A stretch of DNA of 32,836 nt, taken from positions 1-32,836 of the forward strand of contig JAYTYG010000296.1 of NCBI GenBank assembly GCA_043742585.1. Direction: 5' to 3'. The position numbers and the translations under genes are program-made. Origin of the DNA: Spartobacteria bacterium (GTDB taxonomy: Bacteria; Verrucomicrobiota; Verrucomicrobiia; Chthoniobacterales; Chthoniobacteraceae). The notes beneath the pieces were generated by a model. That model saw only the letters and a program-made list of their open reading frames with translations. It ran no database searches and was not told where the DNA came from. Within the stretch, counting starts at the first letter, position 1; each line of letters begins with the position of its first letter. Positions 25,384 through 32,797 of the stretch are shown here, piece after piece.

Positions 25384-26097
25384 ATGCAGATCGAACACAC
25401 TGAATTTCAGGATCAAATGGTCCGGGGCTTGACGCATCGGATGAATAACATCCTCACGCTTTTTACCGGGCACGTGGGATTGCTGCTCGAGAATGAGCGA
25501 CTGGATGCATCTACGCAGCAGGCCTTGCTCAAAATCAAGGATGGCGCCCAAGCGGCGAGCGAGTTGATGGATCGCACGCATTCCTTGGTGCGCCCTTCGA
25601 CATTGGTCTGGCGGGAAATCGATCTCGGGGAGTTCGTTTCCCGGTTGAACCCAGGGTTTGAGGCTTTGCGCGTGAGGGACACGCAGTTCGGGATCTATGC
25701 GCAGGAGGGATTGCCTCATGTCTGGGGCGATTTGGGGCGGATCAAGACGGCCATTTTCGAGTTGGTCCGGAACGCTTTCGACGCCTCGCCCGACGGTGGC
25801 ACCGTGCGCATTGAGTTGCGGGCCGAAGCCCCGGTGCGCGTGGCCAGCGCCGCCTCGCAGCCCATCCGATGGGTGTCGTTGACCGTTAGTGATGAAGGGC
25901 CGGGCGTGCCTCCTGAGGCGGTGGAGAAGATTTTCACTCCTTTCTTCACGCTCAAGCAGAAGCAAAATGCCGCAGGCTTGGGGCTGACGGTGGCCCTGGG
26001 GTTTGTGCAGCAGTTGGGCGGCGCAATCCGGTACCGGCGGGACTCCGGTCGCACGGTTTTTGAGCTCGTCCTGCCGTCGCGCAGCGATGCTCGCTGA
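25384..26097 (+). CDS. histidine kinase core (HisKA + HATPase_c) without a recognisable sensor or TM domain
   Basis: H-box GLTHRMNNILTLFTGHV, N-box ELVRNAFDAS, G1 VSDEGPGVP and G2 GLGLTVALGFV. It is only 237 aa and no response regulator is nearby. Confidence 0.85.
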   Translation: MQIEHTEFQDQMVRGLTHRMNNILTLFTGHVGLLLENERLDASTQQALLKIKDGAQAASELMDRTHSLVRPSTLVWREIDLGEFVSRLNPGFEALRVRDTQFGIYAQEGLPHVWGDLGRIKTAIFELVRNAFDASPDGGTVRIELRAEAPVRVASAASQPIRWVSLTVSDEGPGVPPEAVEKIFTPFFTLKQKQNAAGLGLTVALGFVQQLGGAIRYRRDSGRTVFELVLPSRSDAR

Positions 26098-26185
26098 GGC
26101 CGGGGCAGGCAGGCGCTGAGGATCAGCGCCGGCGGTGAGTAAAGTGCGCGTCTCCGTTTCTTTACGCTTGGCGGGAGCTGTTGGG

Positions 26186-26280
26186 AATTATGAAGGTTCG
26201 GAGAACGCGGGTGCCGTTAATCCGGAGGCTTCTCTCATCATTCATCATTCATAATCCGGGCGCCTTTTGAGCTGAGCTCG
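26186..26280 (+). repeat. ATGAA-armed dispersed element with conserved core, plus GGGCGCCTTTTGAGCTGAGCTCG tail
   Basis: AATTATGAA left arm. Core GAGAACGCGGGTGCCGTTAATCC at 26201-26223, 22/23 identical to 32524-32546. Right arm TCATCATTCATCATTCATAAT. The tail resembles 28211-28236 and 32455-32483. Confidence 0.85.
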
Positions 26281-26365
26281 TAAAGAATCGGAGATGAGCC
26301 CGGATTAAGGGTATTTAGGATTTGACGCACTGCGCGGGTTTCTCCACTTTCGCCGCCTTTTCTTT

Positions 26366-26845
26366 ATGCGACATACGATCTCGGTATTGGTCGAGAACAA
26401 GTTCGGCGTGCTCACTCGCATCGCCGGCATGTTCAGTGGCCGTGGTTTCAACATTGATACACTCAATGTGGGGCCGACCCTCGACGCCTCCACCTCCCGC
26501 ATGACAATAGTCGTGCGTGGCGATGACACGGTCCTTGAGCAGGTTACTAAACAACTCAACAAGCTCATTGATGTGATTTCCATCCAGGACTTCCGGGACG
26601 ACGAGTTTGTCGACCGTGAACTGGTGCTCATGCGCGTCGGAGTCAATGCCAGCACGCGGGCTGAAGTGATGCAGATCTGCGATATTTTCAGGGCGAAAAT
26701 CATCGATGTGCAGCATAAAAACGTCTCCATCGAGGTCACTGGCAACGAGAGCAAGATTAACAAGTTTCTGCTGCTCATGGAACCATTTGGGATCACTCAT
26801 CTCACCCGCACTGGCAAAGTCGCGCTGGCGCGTAAGTCCGAATAA
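26366..26845 (+). CDS. ilvN: acetolactate synthase small (regulatory) subunit
   Basis: The ACT-domain start MRHTISVLVENKFGVLTRIAGMFSGRGFNIDTLNVGPT is the canonical IlvN/IlvH N-terminus. 159 aa. Confidence 0.93.
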   Translation: MRHTISVLVENKFGVLTRIAGMFSGRGFNIDTLNVGPTLDASTSRMTIVVRGDDTVLEQVTKQLNKLIDVISIQDFRDDEFVDRELVLMRVGVNASTRAEVMQICDIFRAKIIDVQHKNVSIEVTGNESKINKFLLLMEPFGITHLTRTGKVALARKSE

Positions 26846-26891
26846 TCAGTAACAAGTAACACCCCTTTTTTAATTTCACTCCTCTACTCTC

Positions 26892-27917
26892 ATGCCTGCT
26901 AAAATCTATACTGACAAAGACGCCGATCTCAAAAACCTCCAGGGCAAAACCTGCGCGGTCATCGGCTTCGGTTCCCAAGGCCACGCCCACGCGCTTAACC
27001 TCAAGGAGTCGGGCGTCAAAGTCATCATCGGGCTTTATCCCAGCAGCAAATCGCGCGCAGTCGCCGCGGAAAAAGGCTTTGAAGTGTTTGATACCGCGGA
27101 AGCAGTAAAGCGTGGCGACGTGATTTTCGTGGCGGTGCCAGACACCAAGATTGCCGGGGTTTACAACAAGGACATTGCGCCGAATCTGGTGAAGGGCAAA
27201 ACGCTGCTATTCAGCCACGGCTTTGCGATTCATTTCAAGACCATCACGCCAGCCCCTGAGGTCGACGTGATCATGGTTGCGCCCAAGGGCCCTGGGCACA
27301 TCGTGCGCCGCCAATACACCGAAGGCAAAGGCGTGCCAGCCTTGATCGCCATCTATCAGAACCCCAGCAAGCAGGCTAAGAAGATCGCTTTGGCCTGGGC
27401 CAAAGGCATCGGCGGCACCCGTGGCGGCGTGCTCGAAACCACTTTTAAGGAAGAGACCGAGACGGATCTTTTCGGCGAACAAACCGTGCTTTGCGGCGGC
27501 GTCAGCGCCCTCGTGCAAGCTGGGTTCGAGACTCTGGTGGAAGCCGGATACGCCCCTGAAATGGCTTACTTCGAGTGTCTTCATGAGTTGAAGCTCATCG
27601 TGGATTTGATGAACGAATCTGGCATCGCCGGTATGCGCTTCTCCATCTCGGAGACCGCCAAGTGGGGCGACGTCGCTGTCGGGCCTAAGATCATTGACGG
27701 TTCCGTCAAGAAACGCATGAAAGCCGCGTTGAAAGACATTCAGAGCGGCAAGTTCGCCAAGGGCTGGATCAGCGAGGTCGAGGGCGGTTACAAGAATTAC
27801 AATAAGCTGCTGGCTGATGGCGCGAAGCATCCGATCGAAAAAACGGGCGAGCGTCTCCGTGGCTTGATGCCTTGGATTCAAAAGAAGAATCTCAAAGGCG
27901 CACAGGCCGCTTATTAA
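26892..27917 (+). CDS. ilvC: ketol-acid reductoisomerase (class I)
   Basis: 341 aa. Rossmann motif [15 protein letters not shown] and a conserved C-terminal knotted-domain pattern. Confidence 0.95.
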   Translation: MPAKIYTDKDADLKNLQGKTCAVIGFGSQGHAHALNLKESGVKVIIGLYPSSKSRAVAAEKGFEVFDTAEAVKRGDVIFVAVPDTKIAGVYNKDIAPNLVKGKTLLFSHGFAIHFKTITPAPEVDVIMVAPKGPGHIVRRQYTEGKGVPALIAIYQNPSKQAKKIALAWAKGIGGTRGGVLETTFKEETETDLFGEQTVLCGGVSALVQAGFETLVEAGYAPEMAYFECLHELKLIVDLMNESGIAGMRFSISETAKWGDVAVGPKIIDGSVKKRMKAALKDIQSGKFAKGWISEVEGGYKNYNKLLADGAKHPIEKTGERLRGLMPWIQKKNLKGAQAAY

Positions 27918-28021
27918 GCGCATATAGATTTAGCGCATATAGATTAAGCGCGCATAGATTAAGCGCATATGGATTAAGCGCATATAGATTAAGCGCATAT
28001 AGATTATCAGTTCATATAGAT
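27915..28021 (+). repeat. about 15-nt tandem array x7 (TAAGCGCATATAGAT) starting at the ilvC stop codon
   Basis: Units start at 27915 (containing the ilvC TAA), 27931, 27945, 27960, 27975, 27990 and 28005 (degenerate). They are contiguous with no spacers. Each unit begins TAA, TAG or TAT. Confidence 0.95.
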
Positions 28022-28037
28022 TGAGCTGACGTTTTAA

Positions 28038-28075
28038 GGCCCTCAGGGAATTTATTTCCTGAGGGCCAATTTTTT
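28038..28075 (+). terminator. intrinsic terminator of ilvN-ilvC
   Basis: A 10-bp perfect stem, GGCCCTCAGG (28038-28047) with CCTGAGGGCC (28058-28067), followed by AATTTTTT. Confidence 0.88.
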
Positions 28076-28078
28076 GGG

Positions 28079-28208
28079 GAGTTATGAGTTATGAATTATG
28101 AATCATGAATCATGACGGCGGCGATGGATTCCTAGGCGCTTCACGGCACCGGTGTCAGCGGAATCCGCAACATTCATCATTCATCATTCATAATTCATAA
28201 TTCATAAT
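28079..28208. repeat. composite inverted repeat: 5x heptamer (GAGTTAT/GAATTAT/GAATCAT) arm, 55-nt core, 5x heptamer (CATTCAT/AATTCAT) arm
   Basis: Left arm at 28079-28115 and right arm at 28171-28208 are reverse complements in vocabulary. An inner 7-bp pair is GGATTCC (28126-28132) with GGAATCC (28160-28166). The core contains ACGGCACCGG, resembling the reverse complement of the GGTGCCGTTAA core. Confidence 0.85.
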
Positions 28209-28327
28209 TTGGGGGCGCCTTTGGGCGCTGAGCTAGCAATAGAACGGACATGCGCCCCCGTCGCCCCCCCCCCGGCTTCCCTCTTCTCCTTGCCGGGCGC
28301 GCAGCATTCATTCACGGTGCTGGACTG

Positions 28328-29197
28328 ATGTCTACTTCCCAAGTTCTCACTCTCGGCCATTCCCCGGATCCTGATGATGCGTTTATGTTTTACGCACTGG
28401 CGGAGGGGAAGATTGACGCGCATGGCTGGAAGTTCGAGCACACGTTGCAGGACATTCAGACGCTGAATGAACGGGCCACACGCGGGGAGTTACACATCTC
28501 GGCGATTTCGATTCATGCCTACGCTTATGTGCTGGATCAATATGCATTGCTGCCCTGCGGGGCCAGCATGGGGGACGGATATGGACCGATGCTCATTGCT
28601 TCGAAGACCCTGGCTTTGCCGGCGTTTAGCGATCAGGAGGCCCAACTCACTTGGCTGCGCGCTCGCAAGATTGCCATCCCAGGTGAAATGACCAGCGCGT
28701 ATTTGGCGCTCCAGCTTTACATGGGAAAGGTGGATTTCATGGTCGTGCCCTTTGATGAAATCTTCGAAGCCGTGGCTTCCGGAAAAGCGGACGTGGGGTT
28801 GATCATTCACGAAGGGCAGCTCACTTACGAGCGGGATGGATTTCAGAAGATCGTGGATTTAGGCGAATGGTGGAAGACGTCCACGGGACTGCCGCTGCCT
28901 CTGGGCGGGAATGTTATTCGCAAAGACATTTCGCCTGCGGATAGGAGCGCTATTAACGTGGTTTTGCGGGACAGCATCGTTTACGGGCTCGAGCACAGGA
29001 AAGCCGGCGTGGCCCATGCCATGCCCCTTGCCCGCGGGATGGACACCGATCTCGCGGATCAATTCATCGGCATGTATGTCAATGATTACACACTCGATTA
29101 TGGCGATCTGGGGCGTCAGGCGATTCGCGAGTTTCTCGGCCGCGCCCATGCTGCGGGCCTGATCCCGGCTCCGGTCGAGTTGGAGTTTGTGGACTAA
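28328..29197 (+). CDS. MqnA/MqnD/SBP-family protein, MqnD-like (futalosine-pathway menaquinone biosynthesis)
   Basis: N-terminus LTLGHSPDPDDAFMFYALAEGKID.., then ..DIQTLNERA..GELHISAISIHAYA..Y.LLPCGASMGDGYGPMLIA, matching the MqnD-type pattern. ATG at 28328 is preferred over the track start at 28250. Confidence 0.75.
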   Translation: MSTSQVLTLGHSPDPDDAFMFYALAEGKIDAHGWKFEHTLQDIQTLNERATRGELHISAISIHAYAYVLDQYALLPCGASMGDGYGPMLIASKTLALPAFSDQEAQLTWLRARKIAIPGEMTSAYLALQLYMGKVDFMVVPFDEIFEAVASGKADVGLIIHEGQLTYERDGFQKIVDLGEWWKTSTGLPLPLGGNVIRKDISPADRSAINVVLRDSIVYGLEHRKAGVAHAMPLARGMDTDLADQFIGMYVNDYTLDYGDLGRQAIREFLGRAHAAGLIPAPVELEFVD

Positions 29198-29220
29198 GCC
29201 CGGCAGCGAAAGCCTCCGGG

Positions 29221-29264
29221 AACGCAGAGAACGCAGAGAACGCAACGGGTTTCCAATCTCTGCG
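29221..29264. repeat. AACGCAGAG x2.9 tandem with inverted partner CTCTGCG
   Basis: AACGCAGAG at 29221-29229 and 29230-29238, and AACGCAACG at 29239-29247. CTCTGCG at 29258-29264 can pair with CGCAGAG. It lies in the convergent MqnD-like/TPR spacer. Confidence 0.9.
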
Positions 29265-29320
29265 AACTTTGCTGTTAAATGGACGCTCTCTGCAAAGCGG
29301 CCGCGCGGGGGGCTTCAGCG

Positions 29321-31207
29321 CTACGGGTTGACTGCCGTGGTCGGGGCAATTTCGGAAACTGGCGCTTGAGTTGCGGCGAAGATTTTGGCCGCGATGACTG
29401 CGTTGTCTTTTTCGATGGCCACTGCCTTTTTCCAATAGCTCAGGGCTTCGGCGGTTTTACCCAAGGCCTGATAGGCATCGCCGACGTGGTCCATGATCAC
29501 CGCGTCCTCGGGCTGGATGCGCGCCGCCGCGCGCAAGAGTTCCTGGAGGGCTTCGTCGTAATTGGCCTGCTTAAAGTGCAGCCAGCCAAGGCTGTCGAGG
29601 AATGCGGCATTCTCAGGTTCCAGCGCCAGCGCCTTGTGAATCATCTCGTCGGCTTCCACTAGGTTGTCCCCGCGGTCCGCCCACATGTAGCCCAGATAGT
29701 TATAGGATTGGGCGGCGTTGGCGGGATCGAGCTCGATACTGTGTTTGAGTAACTCCGCCGCTTTTTCCAGGCGCCCGGCTTGCTCGGCCGCCACCCCGTA
29801 TTGGAAGTAAAACTGGGCGCCAAGGAGCTCCTCGTGAACGCCTTGCGCTTCCGCCTCGGCCTCGGCAAATACAGTCATCGCCTGCGTGTGTTGCTTGGCC
29901 AGGGAAAGCGTCGCTGCCAGGCTAAACGCAATTTCGGGCCGCTCCGGAAAGCTGGCCCTGGCGGTCTGCATGGTGGCCACGGCCTCGTCGGTGCGCTTGG
30001 CACGCAGGAGCATTTCGCTGAGGCGCACGTAGGCGCGGGGGTCGTTGGAGTTAAGCTTGAGGCTGCGCTCGTAATTGGCCAGCGCCTTGCTGGCATCGCC
30101 CTTCTGCTCGTAGAGATCGCCAAGCAGCTTGAATGTTTCAAAGCGCATCGGATTGTCTTTCGCCACAGACTCCAATAGCCCGATCGCCTCGTCGCTCTGT
30201 TCCGTCAGCAGGAATGCGCGCGCCAGCTTTTCGCGGAGATTGTTAGGCGGCGCATCGTCCGGGCGCGGCGTTTGATTGAGGGCGGCGAGATAGAGCGGGA
30301 TCGCCTCTTTGACCTGTCTCGAAAGAATAAAGTAATCGCCGGCCGTTGAGAGGCTGTCTGCATCCGTTTTCCCGAGCTCGGCGGCCTTGCGAAAGATGGC
30401 GTTTACTTTCGCCAGATCCTGCGGCGACTGGCTCCCGTCGGCTTTTAGATAGAGCCGTTTGTATAGATCACCGAGTTGCAGCCAGTATTTCGGGTCTGGA
30501 TTCAATATCGCTGCGGCGCGCTCGATCAGCGGCTCGGCTTTTTTCGGCTGTTTGCCCGCAGTTAGGAGGTCGAACAGGAGCTGGATGCATTCGATGTTAT
30601 CCGGCTCAAAGGCGATGGCCTGTTCCGCGTATTTTAAGGCGAGCTCAGGTTTCCTGAGATTTTTATCGTAGATCAGGGCGAGATAGACCAGCGCCCTGGC
30701 GTCTTTGGGGGACGCCTTGATCGCGTCCTTCAAGACTTGAATGGCAGACGCGACCTCCTTGCGCTGCACGAGGTTGTAGGCGACTTTTATGGCCAGCTCG
30801 CTGTAACCCGGATCGGCGTCGAGGGCCTTGCGATAACCGGCCAGGGCGCGTTCCGTGTCCGCGCTATCCTCGGCCAGCAGGGCCATGGCGAACTCGCTCA
30901 TTGCGACAGCCTTCCGATTGCCTGCTTGGTTGAGCTGTAAATCCGCGCCTGCCGGGCGATATTCCGAGGGCAAGCTGTCTGCGTGCTCGGGTGGTGTACG
31001 CGTCAAAAGCGCCGGTAATTCCGGCGCTTTTGACGGCCCTGCGAATGGATTGGCCGGCACTGACTTGACCGGACCTCGATTTTGCAGAGGCCATGCCCCA
31101 GCGCAAGGTGCTGGGGCGGCTATGACGGAGAATGCGGCCAGGGCAAAAGCCTGGCCGATGAAAACCGCTCGTGGCCAAGAACAAGGTGTCAGCCAGAGCA
31201 ATTTCAT
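29321..31207 (-). CDS. secreted tetratricopeptide (TPR) repeat protein
   Basis: 628 aa. Signal-peptide-like N-terminus, then more than 10 TPR-like 34-aa units (recurrent A..Y..AL..DP....A...LG..Y pattern). Confidence 0.85.
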   Translation of the reverse strand: MKLLWLTPCSWPRAVFIGQAFALAAFSVIAAPAPCAGAWPLQNRGPVKSVPANPFAGPSKAPELPALLTRTPPEHADSLPSEYRPAGADLQLNQAGNRKAVAMSEFAMALLAEDSADTERALAGYRKALDADPGYSELAIKVAYNLVQRKEVASAIQVLKDAIKASPKDARALVYLALIYDKNLRKPELALKYAEQAIAFEPDNIECIQLLFDLLTAGKQPKKAEPLIERAAAILNPDPKYWLQLGDLYKRLYLKADGSQSPQDLAKVNAIFRKAAELGKTDADSLSTAGDYFILSRQVKEAIPLYLAALNQTPRPDDAPPNNLREKLARAFLLTEQSDEAIGLLESVAKDNPMRFETFKLLGDLYEQKGDASKALANYERSLKLNSNDPRAYVRLSEMLLRAKRTDEAVATMQTARASFPERPEIAFSLAATLSLAKQHTQAMTVFAEAEAEAQGVHEELLGAQFYFQYGVAAEQAGRLEKAAELLKHSIELDPANAAQSYNYLGYMWADRGDNLVEADEMIHKALALEPENAAFLDSLGWLHFKQANYDEALQELLRAAARIQPEDAVIMDHVGDAYQALGKTAEALSYWKKAVAIEKDNAVIAAKIFAATQAPVSEIAPTTAVNP

Positions 31208-31223
31208 TCGCGCAACCTAGCGC

Positions 31224-31328
31224 CTAGGACTTATAGCGCAAACGCTTCTTATGGCGGTTTTCTTTCATCCGCTTGCGGCGTTTGTGCTTGGCGATTTTTG
31301 CTTTCCGTCTCTTTTTAAGTGAACCCAT
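31224..31328 (-). CDS. 34-aa highly basic micro-protein, bS22 / AURKAIP1-COX24-like
   Basis: Hand translation of the minus strand gives ATG (31328) MGSLKKRRKAKIAKHKRRKRMKENRHKKRLRYKS TAG (31224-31226). It is below the ORF-track length cutoff. It lies 16 nt upstream of the TPR gene on the same strand. Confidence 0.65.
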   Translation of the reverse strand: MGSLKKRRKAKIAKHKRRKRMKENRHKKRLRYKS

Positions 31329-31484
31329 GAGGATATGCGATTTTCTACTGTGGCTTGAATTGGGGGGGCAGAGAAAACCACGAATCAATCCGGCGGGCAA
31401 TGGGAATCTCTCTTCAATATACAGAGATCTTTGCTTTGCCGGTCCGATAAGGGAGTTTTCGACCCCTGTGGGGACTTTAATCCC

Positions 31485-32369
31485 CTAGTACACTACTTTG
31501 TTGAGCGGATATTCGATGATCCCTTCCGCTCCTAGGGCTTTGAGCTGCGGGATGATCTCCCTCACCACTCGCTCGTCGATGATCGTTTCCACCGCCACCC
31601 AGTCCGAATTCGCTAGGTGCGCGATCGTGGGGTTGCGCAAGGCCGGTAACGCCGACAGGAGCTCGCTGAGTTTATCCGCAGGCAGGTTCATCTTCAATCC
31701 CACCTTGTCCCGCGCCGCATGCGCCCCTTGGAGCAGCATCACCAGGGTCTCGATCTTTTCGCGCTTCCACGGCTCCTTCAGCGCCTCATGATTGGCGATG
31801 AATTGCGGCGACGATTCCATGATCGTCTCCAATATCCGTAGCTTGTTGGCTCGCAACGATGACCCCGTCTCTGTCACGTCCACGATCGCGTCCACTAAAT
31901 CCGGCACTTTCACCTCGGTGGCGCCCCAGGAGAACTCGACAATTGCGGTGACGCCGTGTTCGGCTAAATAACGGCGCGTCATCTCCACGGCTTCGGTTGC
32001 AATGACTTTGCCTTGCAGGTCTTTAACGCTGCGTATCGGAGAGTCTTCCGGCACGGCGATCACCCAGCGGGTCGGCTGGTTGCTGGCCTTGGAGAACGTC
32101 ATTTCGCACAGGCGCGCCACGTCGGAGCCGTTGTTCTCGATCCAGTCTTTGCCTGTGAGGCCGCAATCCAGAAAGCCGTGTTCGACATAGCGCGAGATTT
32201 CCTGTGCGCGCAGCAGGCGGATGACGAGTTCGGAGTCATCGACCGCAGGTTTGTAGCTGCGGCTGGCGCCGGAGATGTGGAACCCGGCTTTGGCGAAGAG
32301 GGCGAAGGTAGGCTCCTGGAGGCTGCCCGAAGGCAGGCCAACGCGGAGGATTCGTGAGGCGTTGTCCAT
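31485..32369 (-). CDS. hisG: ATP phosphoribosyltransferase (long form with C-terminal regulatory domain)
   Basis: 294 aa with the HisG pattern [12 protein letters not shown].., ..[10 protein letters not shown].., ..[16 protein letters not shown].., plus a C-terminal about 80-aa domain. Confidence 0.92.
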   Translation of the reverse strand: MDNASRILRVGLPSGSLQEPTFALFAKAGFHISGASRSYKPAVDDSELVIRLLRAQEISRYVEHGFLDCGLTGKDWIENNGSDVARLCEMTFSKASNQPTRWVIAVPEDSPIRSVKDLQGKVIATEAVEMTRRYLAEHGVTAIVEFSWGATEVKVPDLVDAIVDVTETGSSLRANKLRILETIMESSPQFIANHEALKEPWKREKIETLVMLLQGAHAARDKVGLKMNLPADKLSELLSALPALRNPTIAHLANSDWVAVETIIDERVVREIIPQLKALGAEGIIEYPLNKVVY

Positions 32370-32494
32370 AGAAAAAGGGACGCAGTGTCTAGGCGCGGCC
32401 GGGGGTGCGTGCGAGGAAAAACTCCCGAACGGGGCGCCACGATGGAGCGGGGCGCAGCTCCGTTTCTTTGCGAGCTGAGCTCGAACGGCGACCG

Positions 32495-32566
32495 AATGAT
32501 GAAGGGTGAGTTACGAAGAGTCCGAGAACGCAGGTGCCGTTAATCCCGCAGCGCGCGTGGCTTCAT
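32495..32566 (+). repeat. copy of the ATGAA-armed dispersed element upstream of hisG
   Basis: AATGATGAAGG arm. Core GAGAACGCAGGTGCCGTTAATCC at 32524-32546. CTTCAT arm at 32561-32566. It is preceded by a GCGAGCTGAGCTCG module at 32470-32483. Confidence 0.85.
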
Positions 32567-32770
32567 CCAAGTAAAACTCGATCGAACACGAGGGGATGGA
32601 GATAACAGAGCTCGGTTTCCTTCTCAGGGCTTACGCATCTGAAGTGACTGTGGGAAAGTGCAGATCCTCCCATTAGGCGCTGCTGGCATGGCAGCTAGTC
32701 CAAGGGCGTTGGAACTATTCGGTGATGCCAGCGTCAAACCCGCCGAAGCCCCATGGGGCATACGCGTCAA

Positions 32771-32797
32771 CTTAAGCGCCCTTTGCCGTTCGGGCGG
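32771..32797 (+). repeat. third copy of the TAAGCGCC..CCG.TCGGGCG module
   Basis: CTTAAGCGCCCTTTGCCGTTCGGGCGG resembles 8921-8951 (CTAAGCGCCATTACCCCGGTCGGGGCG) and the reverse complement of 8374-8406. Confidence 0.55.

Noticed and set aside
26112-26130. GGCGCTGA-GGA-TCAGCGCC hairpin after the histidine kinase as an intrinsic terminator
   Set aside because: The 8-bp stem is perfect but there is no downstream U-tract. It may be a structural element or Rho-dependent region and is not callable as a terminator. The same applies to the AAGCGCGGG..CCCGCGCTT hairpin at 22839-22868 after sucB and CCCAGAG-ATT-CTCTGGG at 15948-15964.
26098-26365. Amino-acid leader/attenuator or riboswitch upstream of ilvN-ilvC (likewise upstream of hisG at 32370-32836 and of the MqnD-like gene)
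   Set aside because: No leader peptide rich in Ile/Val/Leu or His codons, and no T-box or known riboswitch consensus that I can recognise. The structured sequence present is the dispersed repeat element.
26366-27917. Missing ilvB upstream of ilvN-ilvC as an anomaly
   Set aside because: The large subunit can be encoded elsewhere, and this split organisation occurs in many genomes. It is not informative without the whole genome.
27915-28021. Possible CRISPR array (regularly repeated short units)
   Set aside because: Units are only about 15 nt and directly abut each other with no unique spacers. No cas genes or leader are present. It is a tandem minisatellite, not CRISPR.
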